From: Candidatus Latescibacterota bacterium
Lineage (GTDB): Bacteria; Krumholzibacteriota; Krumholzibacteriia; WVZY01; JAKEHA01
Assembly: GCA_963707635.1 (NCBI GenBank)
Contig: OY970173.1
Coordinates: 928,001 to 992,000, forward strand
Reading direction: 5' to 3'
Length of the DNA: 64,000 nucleotides
Position 1 is the first letter of the stretch, and each line of letters begins with the position of its first letter. Shown one piece after another: positions 56,429 to 64,000 of the stretch. The translations under genes and the position numbers were made by a program. The notes under the pieces are model-generated. The model was not told the origin of the DNA and made no database searches. It was given only the letters and a program-made list of their open reading frames with translations.

Positions 56429-57567
56429 AGCGCCGTATTTCCGTCCTCGTGCCCAGTCTGTGTCGCGGCGGGATGACGCGCGCGTACACGATCGCGGGCG
56501 CGCTGACCCACGCGGGCGCCGAGGTCGAGATCGTCGGGCCGCTGCCGCGCGGAGCCATCGTCTACCCCGAACCCGCGCCGGGCACCACGATTCACCGGGT
56601 GCCCGAGTCTCCGTTTGCCGGCCGGGCGGTGGCGACGGCGCGGGTCGCGACCGGCGACATTCTGTACGCGGTCAAACCGCGCGCGACCAGCTTCGGGGTG
56701 GCACTCCTGTGCCGCGGGGGCCGCCCCCTCGTCGTGGACATCGACGACTTCGAGGCCGGCTTCGCACTTGAGCGGCGCGCGCGCGGGTCGCTGCCGGGTC
56801 GCGCGCGCAAGGCTCTGCGCCGCGTGCGCAATCTGGATCACCCGGATTACACGCGCTGGATGGAGCGCTGGCTCGCCCATGCCGACGCGATCACGGCGAA
56901 CACGCATTTCCTCGCGGAGCGCTACCGGGCCACGTATCTGCCCAGCGCGCGGGATACGACCCAATTCGACCCCGCGCGGTTCGACGCCGATCAGTGCCGC
57001 CGTGACCTCGGGCTGGCCGATTTCCGCGTCGTGATGTTCCCGGGGACGCCGCGCGTGCACAAAGGGGTCGAGGACGCAGTGGCGGCGCTCGATCGCCTCG
57101 GCTGGTCCGACGCGCGTCTGGTGCTGGTGGGCGGCCGCGAGGTCGGAGACGACGTCGCCGACGATCTCGCGCGGCGCTACCCGAAATGGGTCGTCCGCCT
57201 GGGCAGGTTCGGGGTCGCGGACATGCCGCGCGTGGTGGCCGCCGCGCACGTCGTGGTCGTCCCGCAGCGCGACACCGCGGTCGCGCGCGCGCAGTTCCCG
57301 ATGAAGCTGACCGACGCGATGGCGATGGCGAAGCCGATCGTCGCGACGCGGGTCGGCGACATCGCCGACGCACTCGACGGCGCGGCATGGCTGGTGCCGC
57401 CGTCCTCTCCCGATGCGATCGCACAGGCGCTGGCGGAGATCTTCGCCGACCCGGGCGAGGCGGCCCGCCGCGGCCGCGCGGCGCGCCAGCGCTGCGAGGA
57501 ACGATTCAGTTTCGCCGCCGCCGGGCGCGTCCTGGCGGAAGTGATCGAGCGAGTCAGCGGCGCCTGA
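56425..57567 (+). CDS. GT4-family glycosyltransferase
   Basis: GTPRVHKG, FPMKLTDAMAMAKPIVATRVG. Confidence 0.9.
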   Translation: MKRRISVLVPSLCRGGMTRAYTIAGALTHAGAEVEIVGPLPRGAIVYPEPAPGTTIHRVPESPFAGRAVATARVATGDILYAVKPRATSFGVALLCRGGRPLVVDIDDFEAGFALERRARGSLPGRARKALRRVRNLDHPDYTRWMERWLAHADAITANTHFLAERYRATYLPSARDTTQFDPARFDADQCRRDLGLADFRVVMFPGTPRVHKGVEDAVAALDRLGWSDARLVLVGGREVGDDVADDLARRYPKWVVRLGRFGVADMPRVVAAAHVVVVPQRDTAVARAQFPMKLTDAMAMAKPIVATRVGDIADALDGAAWLVPPSSPDAIAQALAEIFADPGEAARRGRAARQRCEERFSFAAAGRVLAEVIERVSGA

Positions 57568-57724
57568 CGGATGCAGGTCCTGTGTCGACAGCCCGAGGCG
57601 GCTCGTTTCGTCCGCGCCTTCGCACTAGACTCAGCGCCGGGGCGCCGTCGGCGCGACCCGCTAGTGCCCGGCAAGAGGACCCGCGAAGCTGTAGGGCATG
57701 GATTTGCCCCGATCGCCAAAGGCT

Positions 57725-57753
57725 TTGACGGCTGCGGAGACTTGCCGTAGGCT
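57725..57753 (+). promoter_or_regulatory. Putative promoter of the nucleotide-sugar cluster
   Basis: TTGACG-17nt-TAGGCT. Confidence 0.55.
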
Positions 57754-57798
57754 CACAGGCCGAAGTCTTTCCCTGGCCGACGTGAAAGGTTGCCCTCT

Positions 57799-58752
57799 TT
57801 GCGCGTCCTCATAACCGGAGTCACCGGCTTTGCCGGGAGTCACCTGGCCGACTACTGCCTCGAACGGGGCGGGGTCGACCTGCACGGCATCATCCGCTGG
57901 CGAAGCCGGACTGAGAACATCGAGCACCTCGACGGCAAGATCGCGCTCCACGAGTGCGACCTGCGCGACGCCACCTCGACGCGCGACGTGGTCGAGGAAG
58001 TCCACCCCGACTACATCTTCCACCTGGCCGCCCAGAGCTTCGTGCCCACGTCGTGGAGGGCCCCGGCCGAGAGCCTCATCACCAACGTGATCGGCCAGCT
58101 CAACATTTTCGAAGCCGTGCGCAAGATCGGGCTCAAGTGCCGCATCCAGCTCGCGTGCTCGAGCGAAGAGTACGGCATGGTCCTCGAGCACGAGGTGCCG
58201 ATCAAGGAAACCAACCCGCTGCGACCCCTTTCTCCCTACGGGGTGAGCAAGGTGGGGCAGGACCTGCTCGGCTACCAGTACTTCATGAGCTACCAGATGG
58301 ACATCGTGCGCACGCGCGGCTTCAACCACGAGGGGCCGCGCCGGGCCCCGGTGTTCGTGATGAGCGATTTCGCCAAGCAGATCGCCGCGATCGAACGCGG
58401 CAAACAGCCGCCCGTCCTGCGCGTGGGCAACCTCGACGCCAAACGCGATTTCACCGACGTGCGCGACATGGTGCGCGCGTACTGGCTCTCGCTGGAGAAG
58501 GGCAAACCCGGGGAGGCGTACAACATCTGCCAGGAGAAGTGCTGGTCGATCCGCGACATGCTCGACGCGTTGCTGAAGCTCACCCGGGCGAAGATCCGCG
58601 TCGAGACCGACCCCGCGCGGCTGCGGCCGTCGGACGTGATGCTGCTGCTCGGCGACTGCTCCAAGTTTCGGGCCGATACCGGCTGGCGGCCGGTGATTCC
58701 ATTCGAGCAAACCTTGCGCGATACGCTGGACTACTGGCGGGAAAGGCCTTAG
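57799..58752 (+). CDS. GDP-mannose 4,6-dehydratase / Rmd-like SDR
   Basis: ITGVTGFAGSHL, HLAAQSFV, CSSEEYG, PYGVSK, FNHEGPRR, GNLDAKRDF; TTG start. Confidence 0.88.
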   Translation: MRVLITGVTGFAGSHLADYCLERGGVDLHGIIRWRSRTENIEHLDGKIALHECDLRDATSTRDVVEEVHPDYIFHLAAQSFVPTSWRAPAESLITNVIGQLNIFEAVRKIGLKCRIQLACSSEEYGMVLEHEVPIKETNPLRPLSPYGVSKVGQDLLGYQYFMSYQMDIVRTRGFNHEGPRRAPVFVMSDFAKQIAAIERGKQPPVLRVGNLDAKRDFTDVRDMVRAYWLSLEKGKPGEAYNICQEKCWSIRDMLDALLKLTRAKIRVETDPARLRPSDVMLLLGDCSKFRADTGWRPVIPFEQTLRDTLDYWRERP

Positions 58753-58761
58753 GCGATTCAT

Positions 58762-59706
58762 ATGCCCCGAGCGCTGGTCACCGGATGCAATGGTTTCGTG
58801 GGGGGTGCGCTCGTGGAACGGCTCGCTGGGGGCGGCTACGACGTCTACGGCGTCGATCGCTCGGCCGGGACGGGCGCGTTCCGCGGCAAGACGCGCCTCA
58901 CGGGCGACCTGACCGACGCGGGGTTCGCCACCCGCGCCGTCATGGAGGCGACGCCCGACTGCATCATCCATCTCGCGGCGCAGTCGAGTGTGAAGCGCTC
59001 GTTCGAGGAGCCGGCCGAGACGCTGCGCGACAACACGGTGCCGGCGCTCAACATCCTGGAGTCCGTCCGTCGCGCCGGAGCGCATACGCGCGTGCTCTTG
59101 ATCGGCTCGGCCGACGAGTACGGCACCGTCGATGCGGACCGGCTGCCGCTGGTCGAATCGACGTCCGTGAACCCGGAGAGCCCGTACGCGCTCGCGAAGT
59201 CGATGCAGAATCAGTACGGGCGCATGTTCGCGAAGCTCTTCGGGGTGGACGTCCTGATGACGCGCAGCTTCAACCACACCGGGCCCGGTCAGCGCGACAG
59301 CTTCGTGCTGTCGAACTTCGCGAAGCAGGTGGCCGAGATCAAGCGCGGCGCGCGCGAGGCCGTGATCGACGTCGGTAATGTAGACGTGCGCCGCGATTTC
59401 CTCGACGTGCGCGACGTGTGCGACGGCTACGTCGTGCTGCTGCAGAAGGGGCGTTCGGGGGAGACCTACAACGTCTGCTCGGGCCGGTCGTACCGGGTGG
59501 GCGACCTCCTCGACCAGTTGTGCGCCATCGCGGGCGTGCGGGTGCAGATCCGGGTCGACGAGTCGCGGCTGCGGCCCGTCGACATGCCGGAGCTGCGCGG
59601 CGACCCGTCGAAGATGCGCGAGCACACCGGCTGGACGGCGCGCCGTCCCATCAACGAGACGCTGCGAGCCCTGCTGGAATACTGGGACAAGGGAGCGAAT
59701 GGTTAG
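58762..59706 (+). CDS. Rmd-like (GDP-4-keto-6-deoxymannose reductase family) SDR
   Basis: VTGCNGFVG, HLAAQSSV, GSADEYG, PYALAK, FNHTGPGQ. Confidence 0.85.
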   Translation: MPRALVTGCNGFVGGALVERLAGGGYDVYGVDRSAGTGAFRGKTRLTGDLTDAGFATRAVMEATPDCIIHLAAQSSVKRSFEEPAETLRDNTVPALNILESVRRAGAHTRVLLIGSADEYGTVDADRLPLVESTSVNPESPYALAKSMQNQYGRMFAKLFGVDVLMTRSFNHTGPGQRDSFVLSNFAKQVAEIKRGAREAVIDVGNVDVRRDFLDVRDVCDGYVVLLQKGRSGETYNVCSGRSYRVGDLLDQLCAIAGVRVQIRVDESRLRPVDMPELRGDPSKMREHTGWTARRPINETLRALLEYWDKGANG

Positions 59707-61012
59707 AATCTGCATGATCGGCACGGGCTACGTGGGGCTGGTGAGCGGCGCGTGCTTTGCCGACTTCGGCCACAGCGTTACCTGCGTCGACATCGACCAG
59801 GCGCGCATCGAGGGGCTCGGACGCGGGGAGATCCCGATCTACGAGCCGGGCCTGAAGGACGTCGTCACGCGCAACGTGGAGAGCGAGCGTCTCGCGTTCA
59901 CCACTCGGCTCGACGCCGCGGTCGGCGGCGCGCAGGTCGTGTTCATCGCGGTGGGGACACCGGCACTCGCGGACGGCGCCACCGACCTCGCGTTCGTGTT
60001 CGACGCGGCCCGCGACCTCGCGCGGCACCTGTCCGGCTACACGGTCGTGGTCCAGAAGAGCACCGCGCCGGTCGGCACTGCGCGCCGGGTGGCCGCAGTG
60101 ATCCGGGAGGGCAAGCCCGCGGACGCCGAGTTCGACATCGCGTCCAACCCGGAGTTCCTCCGCGAAGGATCCGCCGTCGGGGACTTCATGCGGCCCGACC
60201 GCGTCGTGGTCGGCGCCGAGACCGATCGCGCGCGCGAGACCATGGAGCAGGTGTACCGGCCGCTATACCTGCTGGAGACGCCGATCGTCTCCACGTCGCT
60301 CGAGTCGGCCGAGATGATCAAGTACGCGTCCAACGCGTTCCTCGCGACCAAGATTTCGTTCATCAACGAGATGGCGCGGATCTGCGAGCTGACCGGCGCG
60401 ACGGTGGACGACGTGGCGCGCGGCATGGGGCTCGACGGGCGCATCGGGAAGAAGTTCCTCCACGCCGGCATCGGCTACGGGGGCTCCTGCCTGCCCAAGG
60501 ACGTGTCGTCCCTGATCCACGCCGCCCGCGAGCACGGCTACGACGCCCCGCTGATCCGCGCGGCGCACACGATCAACCACGAGCTGGTCGACCGGGCGCT
60601 GGAGAAACTCTCGCGCGGCCTGGGCGGATTGAACGGCAAGGCGGTGGGTCTGCTCGGGCTGGCGTTCAAGCCCAACACCGACGACCTCCGCGAGGCGCCG
60701 GCCTTGCGCATCGTGCACGAGCTCCTCAAGGCCGGGGCGCGGGTGAAGGTCTACGACCCGGTGGCGATGGAGAAGTTCCGCCGCACCATGAAGGCGCCGG
60801 TCGAATTCGGCAAGAGCGCCTACGAGACCGCCGAGGGCGCGGACGCGATGGTGCTGGTGACGGAGTGGAACGAGTTCCGCCAGCTCGACTTCGAGCGGCT
60901 GAAGAAGCTCATGCGCGGAAACGTGTTCGTCGATTGCCGGAACGTTTACTCGCCGGACCGGCTGGAAAAGATCGGGTTCAAGTACGAGTCATTCGGGAGA
61001 GGAAAAGCATGA
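59699..61012 (+). CDS. ugd: UDP-glucose 6-dehydrogenase
   Basis: GTGYVGL, SNPEFLREG, KYASNAFLATKISF, GYGGSCLPKD, FKPNTDD. Confidence 0.95.
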   Translation: MVRICMIGTGYVGLVSGACFADFGHSVTCVDIDQARIEGLGRGEIPIYEPGLKDVVTRNVESERLAFTTRLDAAVGGAQVVFIAVGTPALADGATDLAFVFDAARDLARHLSGYTVVVQKSTAPVGTARRVAAVIREGKPADAEFDIASNPEFLREGSAVGDFMRPDRVVVGAETDRARETMEQVYRPLYLLETPIVSTSLESAEMIKYASNAFLATKISFINEMARICELTGATVDDVARGMGLDGRIGKKFLHAGIGYGGSCLPKDVSSLIHAAREHGYDAPLIRAAHTINHELVDRALEKLSRGLGGLNGKAVGLLGLAFKPNTDDLREAPALRIVHELLKAGARVKVYDPVAMEKFRRTMKAPVEFGKSAYETAEGADAMVLVTEWNEFRQLDFERLKKLMRGNVFVDCRNVYSPDRLEKIGFKYESFGRGKA

Positions 61013-61470
61013 AGCTCATCGACGGCGTCCGCGTCAAACAGCTCAAGGTGATCCCCGACGAGCGCGGGTTTCTGATGGAAATGCTCCGCTCCGACGACGA
61101 ATTCTTCCAGAAGTTCGGGCAGGCGTACCTGACCGTCGCCTACCCGGGCGTGGTCAAGGGCTGGCATTACCACCGCAAGCAGACCGATCACTTCGTGTGC
61201 GTGCACGGGATGCTCAAGGTGGTGCTCTACGACCGCCGCGAGAAGTCGCCCACGCAGGGGCTGGTGAACGAGTTCTTCATGGGCGAGCGCAACCCGATCC
61301 TGCTGGTGATTCCGCCGCTCGTGCTCCACGGCATGAAGGGGATCGGCACGACGCCGGGCTTCCTCATTAACATTCCGACCGAGCTGTACAACTACAAGGA
61401 ACCGGACGAATTCCGCGTCGACCCCCACGACAACGACGTCCCCTACGACTGGAACCGCAAAGACGGCTGA
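61009..61470 (+). CDS. rfbC: dTDP-4-dehydrorhamnose 3,5-epimerase family cupin
   Basis: DERGFLMEM, PGVVKGWHYH, LYDRR..SPT; ATGA overlap with ugd. Confidence 0.85.
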   Translation: MKLIDGVRVKQLKVIPDERGFLMEMLRSDDEFFQKFGQAYLTVAYPGVVKGWHYHRKQTDHFVCVHGMLKVVLYDRREKSPTQGLVNEFFMGERNPILLVIPPLVLHGMKGIGTTPGFLINIPTELYNYKEPDEFRVDPHDNDVPYDWNRKDG

Positions 61471-61486
61471 CGCCCGGTTGTCCACC

Positions 61487-62524
61487 ATGCCGTTCAAGTC
61501 CATCCTCGTCACCGGCGGAGCCGGCTTCATCGGCTCGAACTTCGTGCGCATGATCGCGAACGAACAGCCGGGGTGCGCGGTCACGGTCCTGGACGCGCTC
61601 ACCTACGCCGGCAACCTGGAGAACATCGCCGAGCTGGTCGACGCGAAGCGCGTGCGGTTCATTCGCGGGAACATCTGCGACCCCGCCGCGGTGCGCGCCG
61701 CGATGGACGGCTGCGAAGTGGTGTTCAATTTCGCGGCCGAGACGCACGTGGACCGCTCGATCGAAGAGGCGGCGTCGTTCATCGAGACCGATATCCAGGG
61801 GACGTACACGCTCCTGAATCACGCGCGCGAGCTCCAGGTGCGGCGCTACGTACAGATCTCGACCGACGAGGTGTACGGGTCGAGCGCGGGCGAAGGGTTC
61901 AGCGAGGAATCGCCGCTGCGGCCGGGCAACCCGTACAGCGCCAGCAAGTGCGGCGGCGACCTCATGTGCCTCGCCTACGCCAACACCTACCGGCTGCCGA
62001 TCGTGATCACGCGCAGCTCGAACAACTTCGGGCCCTATCAGCACGTGGAGAAGTTCATCCCGCTCTTTACCACCAACGCCATGGAGGGGAAGGACCTTCC
62101 GCTCTACGGGGACGGGATGCACCACCGCGACTGGATCTTCGTGGACGACAACTGCCGCGCGATCGCGCTGGTGGCGGAGAAGGGCAACGACGGCGAGGTC
62201 TACAATATCGCGGTGGGCAACAGCCAGCCCAACCTGCGGGTCGCGGAGTTGATCCTCCAGCACGTCGGCGACACGAAGTCCCGCATCGTCTTCATCGAAG
62301 ACCGCAAGGGCCACGACCGCATGTACAAGCTCGCCGCCGCGAAGGTGCGCGCGCTGGGCTGGGCGCCGGCCACCGATTTCGCGGTGGGGATGGAAAAGAC
62401 GGTGCGCTGGTACGTCGAGAACCGCGGCTGGTGGGAGCGGGTGAAGTCGGGCGCGTTTCGCGACTACTACGAGAAGCACTACGGCGCGCGGCTGGCGAAA
62501 GGGAAGGCGAAGGGTAGTCCGTGA
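61487..62524 (+). CDS. rfbB: dTDP-glucose 4,6-dehydratase
   Basis: GGAGFIGSNF, LTYAGN, AAETHVDRSI, STDEVYG, PYSASK, GHDRMY. Confidence 0.95.
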   Translation: MPFKSILVTGGAGFIGSNFVRMIANEQPGCAVTVLDALTYAGNLENIAELVDAKRVRFIRGNICDPAAVRAAMDGCEVVFNFAAETHVDRSIEEAASFIETDIQGTYTLLNHARELQVRRYVQISTDEVYGSSAGEGFSEESPLRPGNPYSASKCGGDLMCLAYANTYRLPIVITRSSNNFGPYQHVEKFIPLFTTNAMEGKDLPLYGDGMHHRDWIFVDDNCRAIALVAEKGNDGEVYNIAVGNSQPNLRVAELILQHVGDTKSRIVFIEDRKGHDRMYKLAAAKVRALGWAPATDFAVGMEKTVRWYVENRGWWERVKSGAFRDYYEKHYGARLAKGKAKGSP

Positions 62525-62616
62525 GGCAGCGTGGCTCACTCTCCCGCTCAGGTCCTCGCGCGCGATGGTTGAAAGCGCGCTGCGGATTCGCGTGCGAGTG
62601 AACCACGCTGCCTCGC
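62521..62616 (-). repeat. Intergenic palindromic element, family copy C (core inverted)
   Basis: Arms GTGAGGCAGCGTGGCTCACTC / GAGTGAACCACGCTGCCTCGC; minus-strand core AATCCGCAGCGCGCTTTCAACCATCGCGCGCGAGGAC. Confidence 0.8.
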
Positions 62617-62625
62617 ACCGTTGAG

Positions 62626-63732
62626 ATGTCTTCCAAACCCCGCATCCTCCTGGTCGCCGGCGCGAGGCCCAACTTCATGAAGGTGGCGCCGGTGTGGCGC
62701 GCGCTCGACGCGATGCGGCGCTTCGAGCTGACGCTCGTCCACACCGGGCAACACTACGACGACAACATGTCGAAGGTCTTCTTCGACGACCTCCGTCTCC
62801 CCCGGCCCACCGCTCACCTCGGCGTGGGTTCCGGGAGTCACGCCGAGCAGACCGCGCGCGTGATGCTGGCGTTCGAACCCGCGCTCGTCGCGGCCGGCCC
62901 GAACCTGGTGATCGTCGTCGGCGACGTGAACTCCACGCTGGCGTGTACGCTGGTGGCGGTGAAGCGCGACGTGCCGGTGGCGCACGTCGAAGCCGGGCTG
63001 CGCAGCTTCGACCGCACCATGCCCGAAGAGATCAACCGCATGGTGACGGACATTCTCGCCGAGCTGCTCTTCACCACCTCGCCCGAGGCGCGCGACAATC
63101 TGATGCGCGAGGGAGTGGACGAGGCCAAGATCCATTTCGTCGGGAACGTCATGATCGACAGTCTGAATTTTTACCGGCCGGAGGCCGAGAAGTCGGGGGT
63201 GCTGCAGACGCTCGGCCTGACGAAAAAGGGCTACGGGCTGGTGACCCTGCACCGGCCCTCGAACGTGGACGACGCGGCGGTCTTGGTTCCCCTGCTGGAC
63301 GCCCTGACCGCCATCGCGCAGGACTGCCCGCTCGTCTTTCCCGTGCATCCGCGTACCCGCCAGGCGATTGCACGCGCCGGATTCCAGGAGCCATCGGGCC
63401 GGTTGCGCCTGCTCGACGCGATCGGATATCTGGACTTCATGAAGCTCATGACCTATAGTTCTATAGTCCTCACCGATTCCGGAGGTATCCAGGAAGAAAC
63501 CACTGCTCTCGGGATCCCCTGTCTGACGATCCGCGACAACACAGAGCGTCCCATCACGGTCACGATGGGCACCAACCGTCTGGTCGGGACCGACCCGGTG
63601 CGAATCGTCGCCGAAGCCAAGGATGTGCTTCGGCGCGGTGTCCACGGGGCCCGGGTTCCGGACCTGTGGGACGGTAAAGCGGCGGATCGGATCGCGCAGG
63701 CGGTAACTCGATTTTTACATGAGCAGTCGTAG
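62626..63732 (+). CDS. wecB: UDP-N-acetylglucosamine 2-epimerase (non-hydrolysing)
   Basis: GARPNFMK, HTGQHYD, HVEAGLRS, MPEEINR, TLHRPSNVD, TDSGGIQEE. Confidence 0.96.
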   Translation: MSSKPRILLVAGARPNFMKVAPVWRALDAMRRFELTLVHTGQHYDDNMSKVFFDDLRLPRPTAHLGVGSGSHAEQTARVMLAFEPALVAAGPNLVIVVGDVNSTLACTLVAVKRDVPVAHVEAGLRSFDRTMPEEINRMVTDILAELLFTTSPEARDNLMREGVDEAKIHFVGNVMIDSLNFYRPEAEKSGVLQTLGLTKKGYGLVTLHRPSNVDDAAVLVPLLDALTAIAQDCPLVFPVHPRTRQAIARAGFQEPSGRLRLLDAIGYLDFMKLMTYSSIVLTDSGGIQEETTALGIPCLTIRDNTERPITVTMGTNRLVGTDPVRIVAEAKDVLRRGVHGARVPDLWDGKAADRIAQAVTRFLHEQS

Positions 63733-64000
63733 GTCCTGGTCGTTCCGCCATTCTCCGGTCGGGGAGAGCTTCGCCTGGAGCCTCGGCCTCTCCTTCCTCC
63801 CGGTCATCGCCGCGTTCGCCGGCTCGTGGATCATCGCGCGTTTTTCCGGCCCCACCGTGTGGGGATCGGTGTCGTGGGCGATGGCGCTGGCGACCCAGAT
63901 CCTCATCGTCGCCAAGATGGGCCTGGACCTGGGTGCGTCGCGACTGGCGAGCGAGTACGGAGTCAGCCGGCCCGGTATCCTGCGCGAGCTGCTCGCCGTT
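63719..64000 (+). CDS. Wzx-type polysaccharide flippase, 5' part (runs off the window)
   Basis: Own translation: MSSRRSWSF...WIIARFSGPTVWG...KMGLDLGASRL, resembling the IAR.LGP..YG...LG pattern of flippases; open to the edge. Confidence 0.65.
   Translation, partial: MSSRRSWSFRHSPVGESFAWSLGLSFLPVIAAFAGSWIIARFSGPTVWGSVSWAMALATQILIVAKMGLDLGASRLASEYGVSRPGILRELLAV

Overview
GC-rich bacterial chromosomal window. Three secreted proteins ending in a PNPFNP...SGVY...K.(L/V)LK FlgD-Ig/T9SS-like sorting tail suggest an FCB-group lineage such as Latescibacterota/Krumholzibacteria/Eisenbacteria; this is inference only. Contents in order: tkt; a zinc-finger/lemA/htpX-like operon; a sigma54-type redox locus (lysine-less GcvH-like protein, HybA/HybB-like pair, heme-motif sensor kinase, NtrC-type regulator, archaemetzincin); several secreted and outer-membrane proteins; a BlaI/M56-TPR pair; two tandemly duplicated RRM genes with a conserved structured leader; an elaB-yqjE-yqjK-like trio; FTCD; an atypical MacB/FtsX-type ABC operon with a lipocalin-like fusion; a PyrR-attenuated pyr cluster (pyrR-B-C-[TPR]-K-D-[POT]-F); and the start of a surface-polysaccharide cluster. 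No rRNA, tRNA, CRISPR array or intact mobile element was seen. The strongest unexplained non-coding signals are (i) a family of ~96-106 bp intergenic hairpins with a conserved core but copy-specific self-complementary arms (46122, 53289, 62521), (ii) a promoter-driven structured RNA upstream of tkt that displays anti-Shine-Dalgarno motifs, and (iii) the duplicated RRM leader. All family calls come from motif recognition by eye, not database searches.
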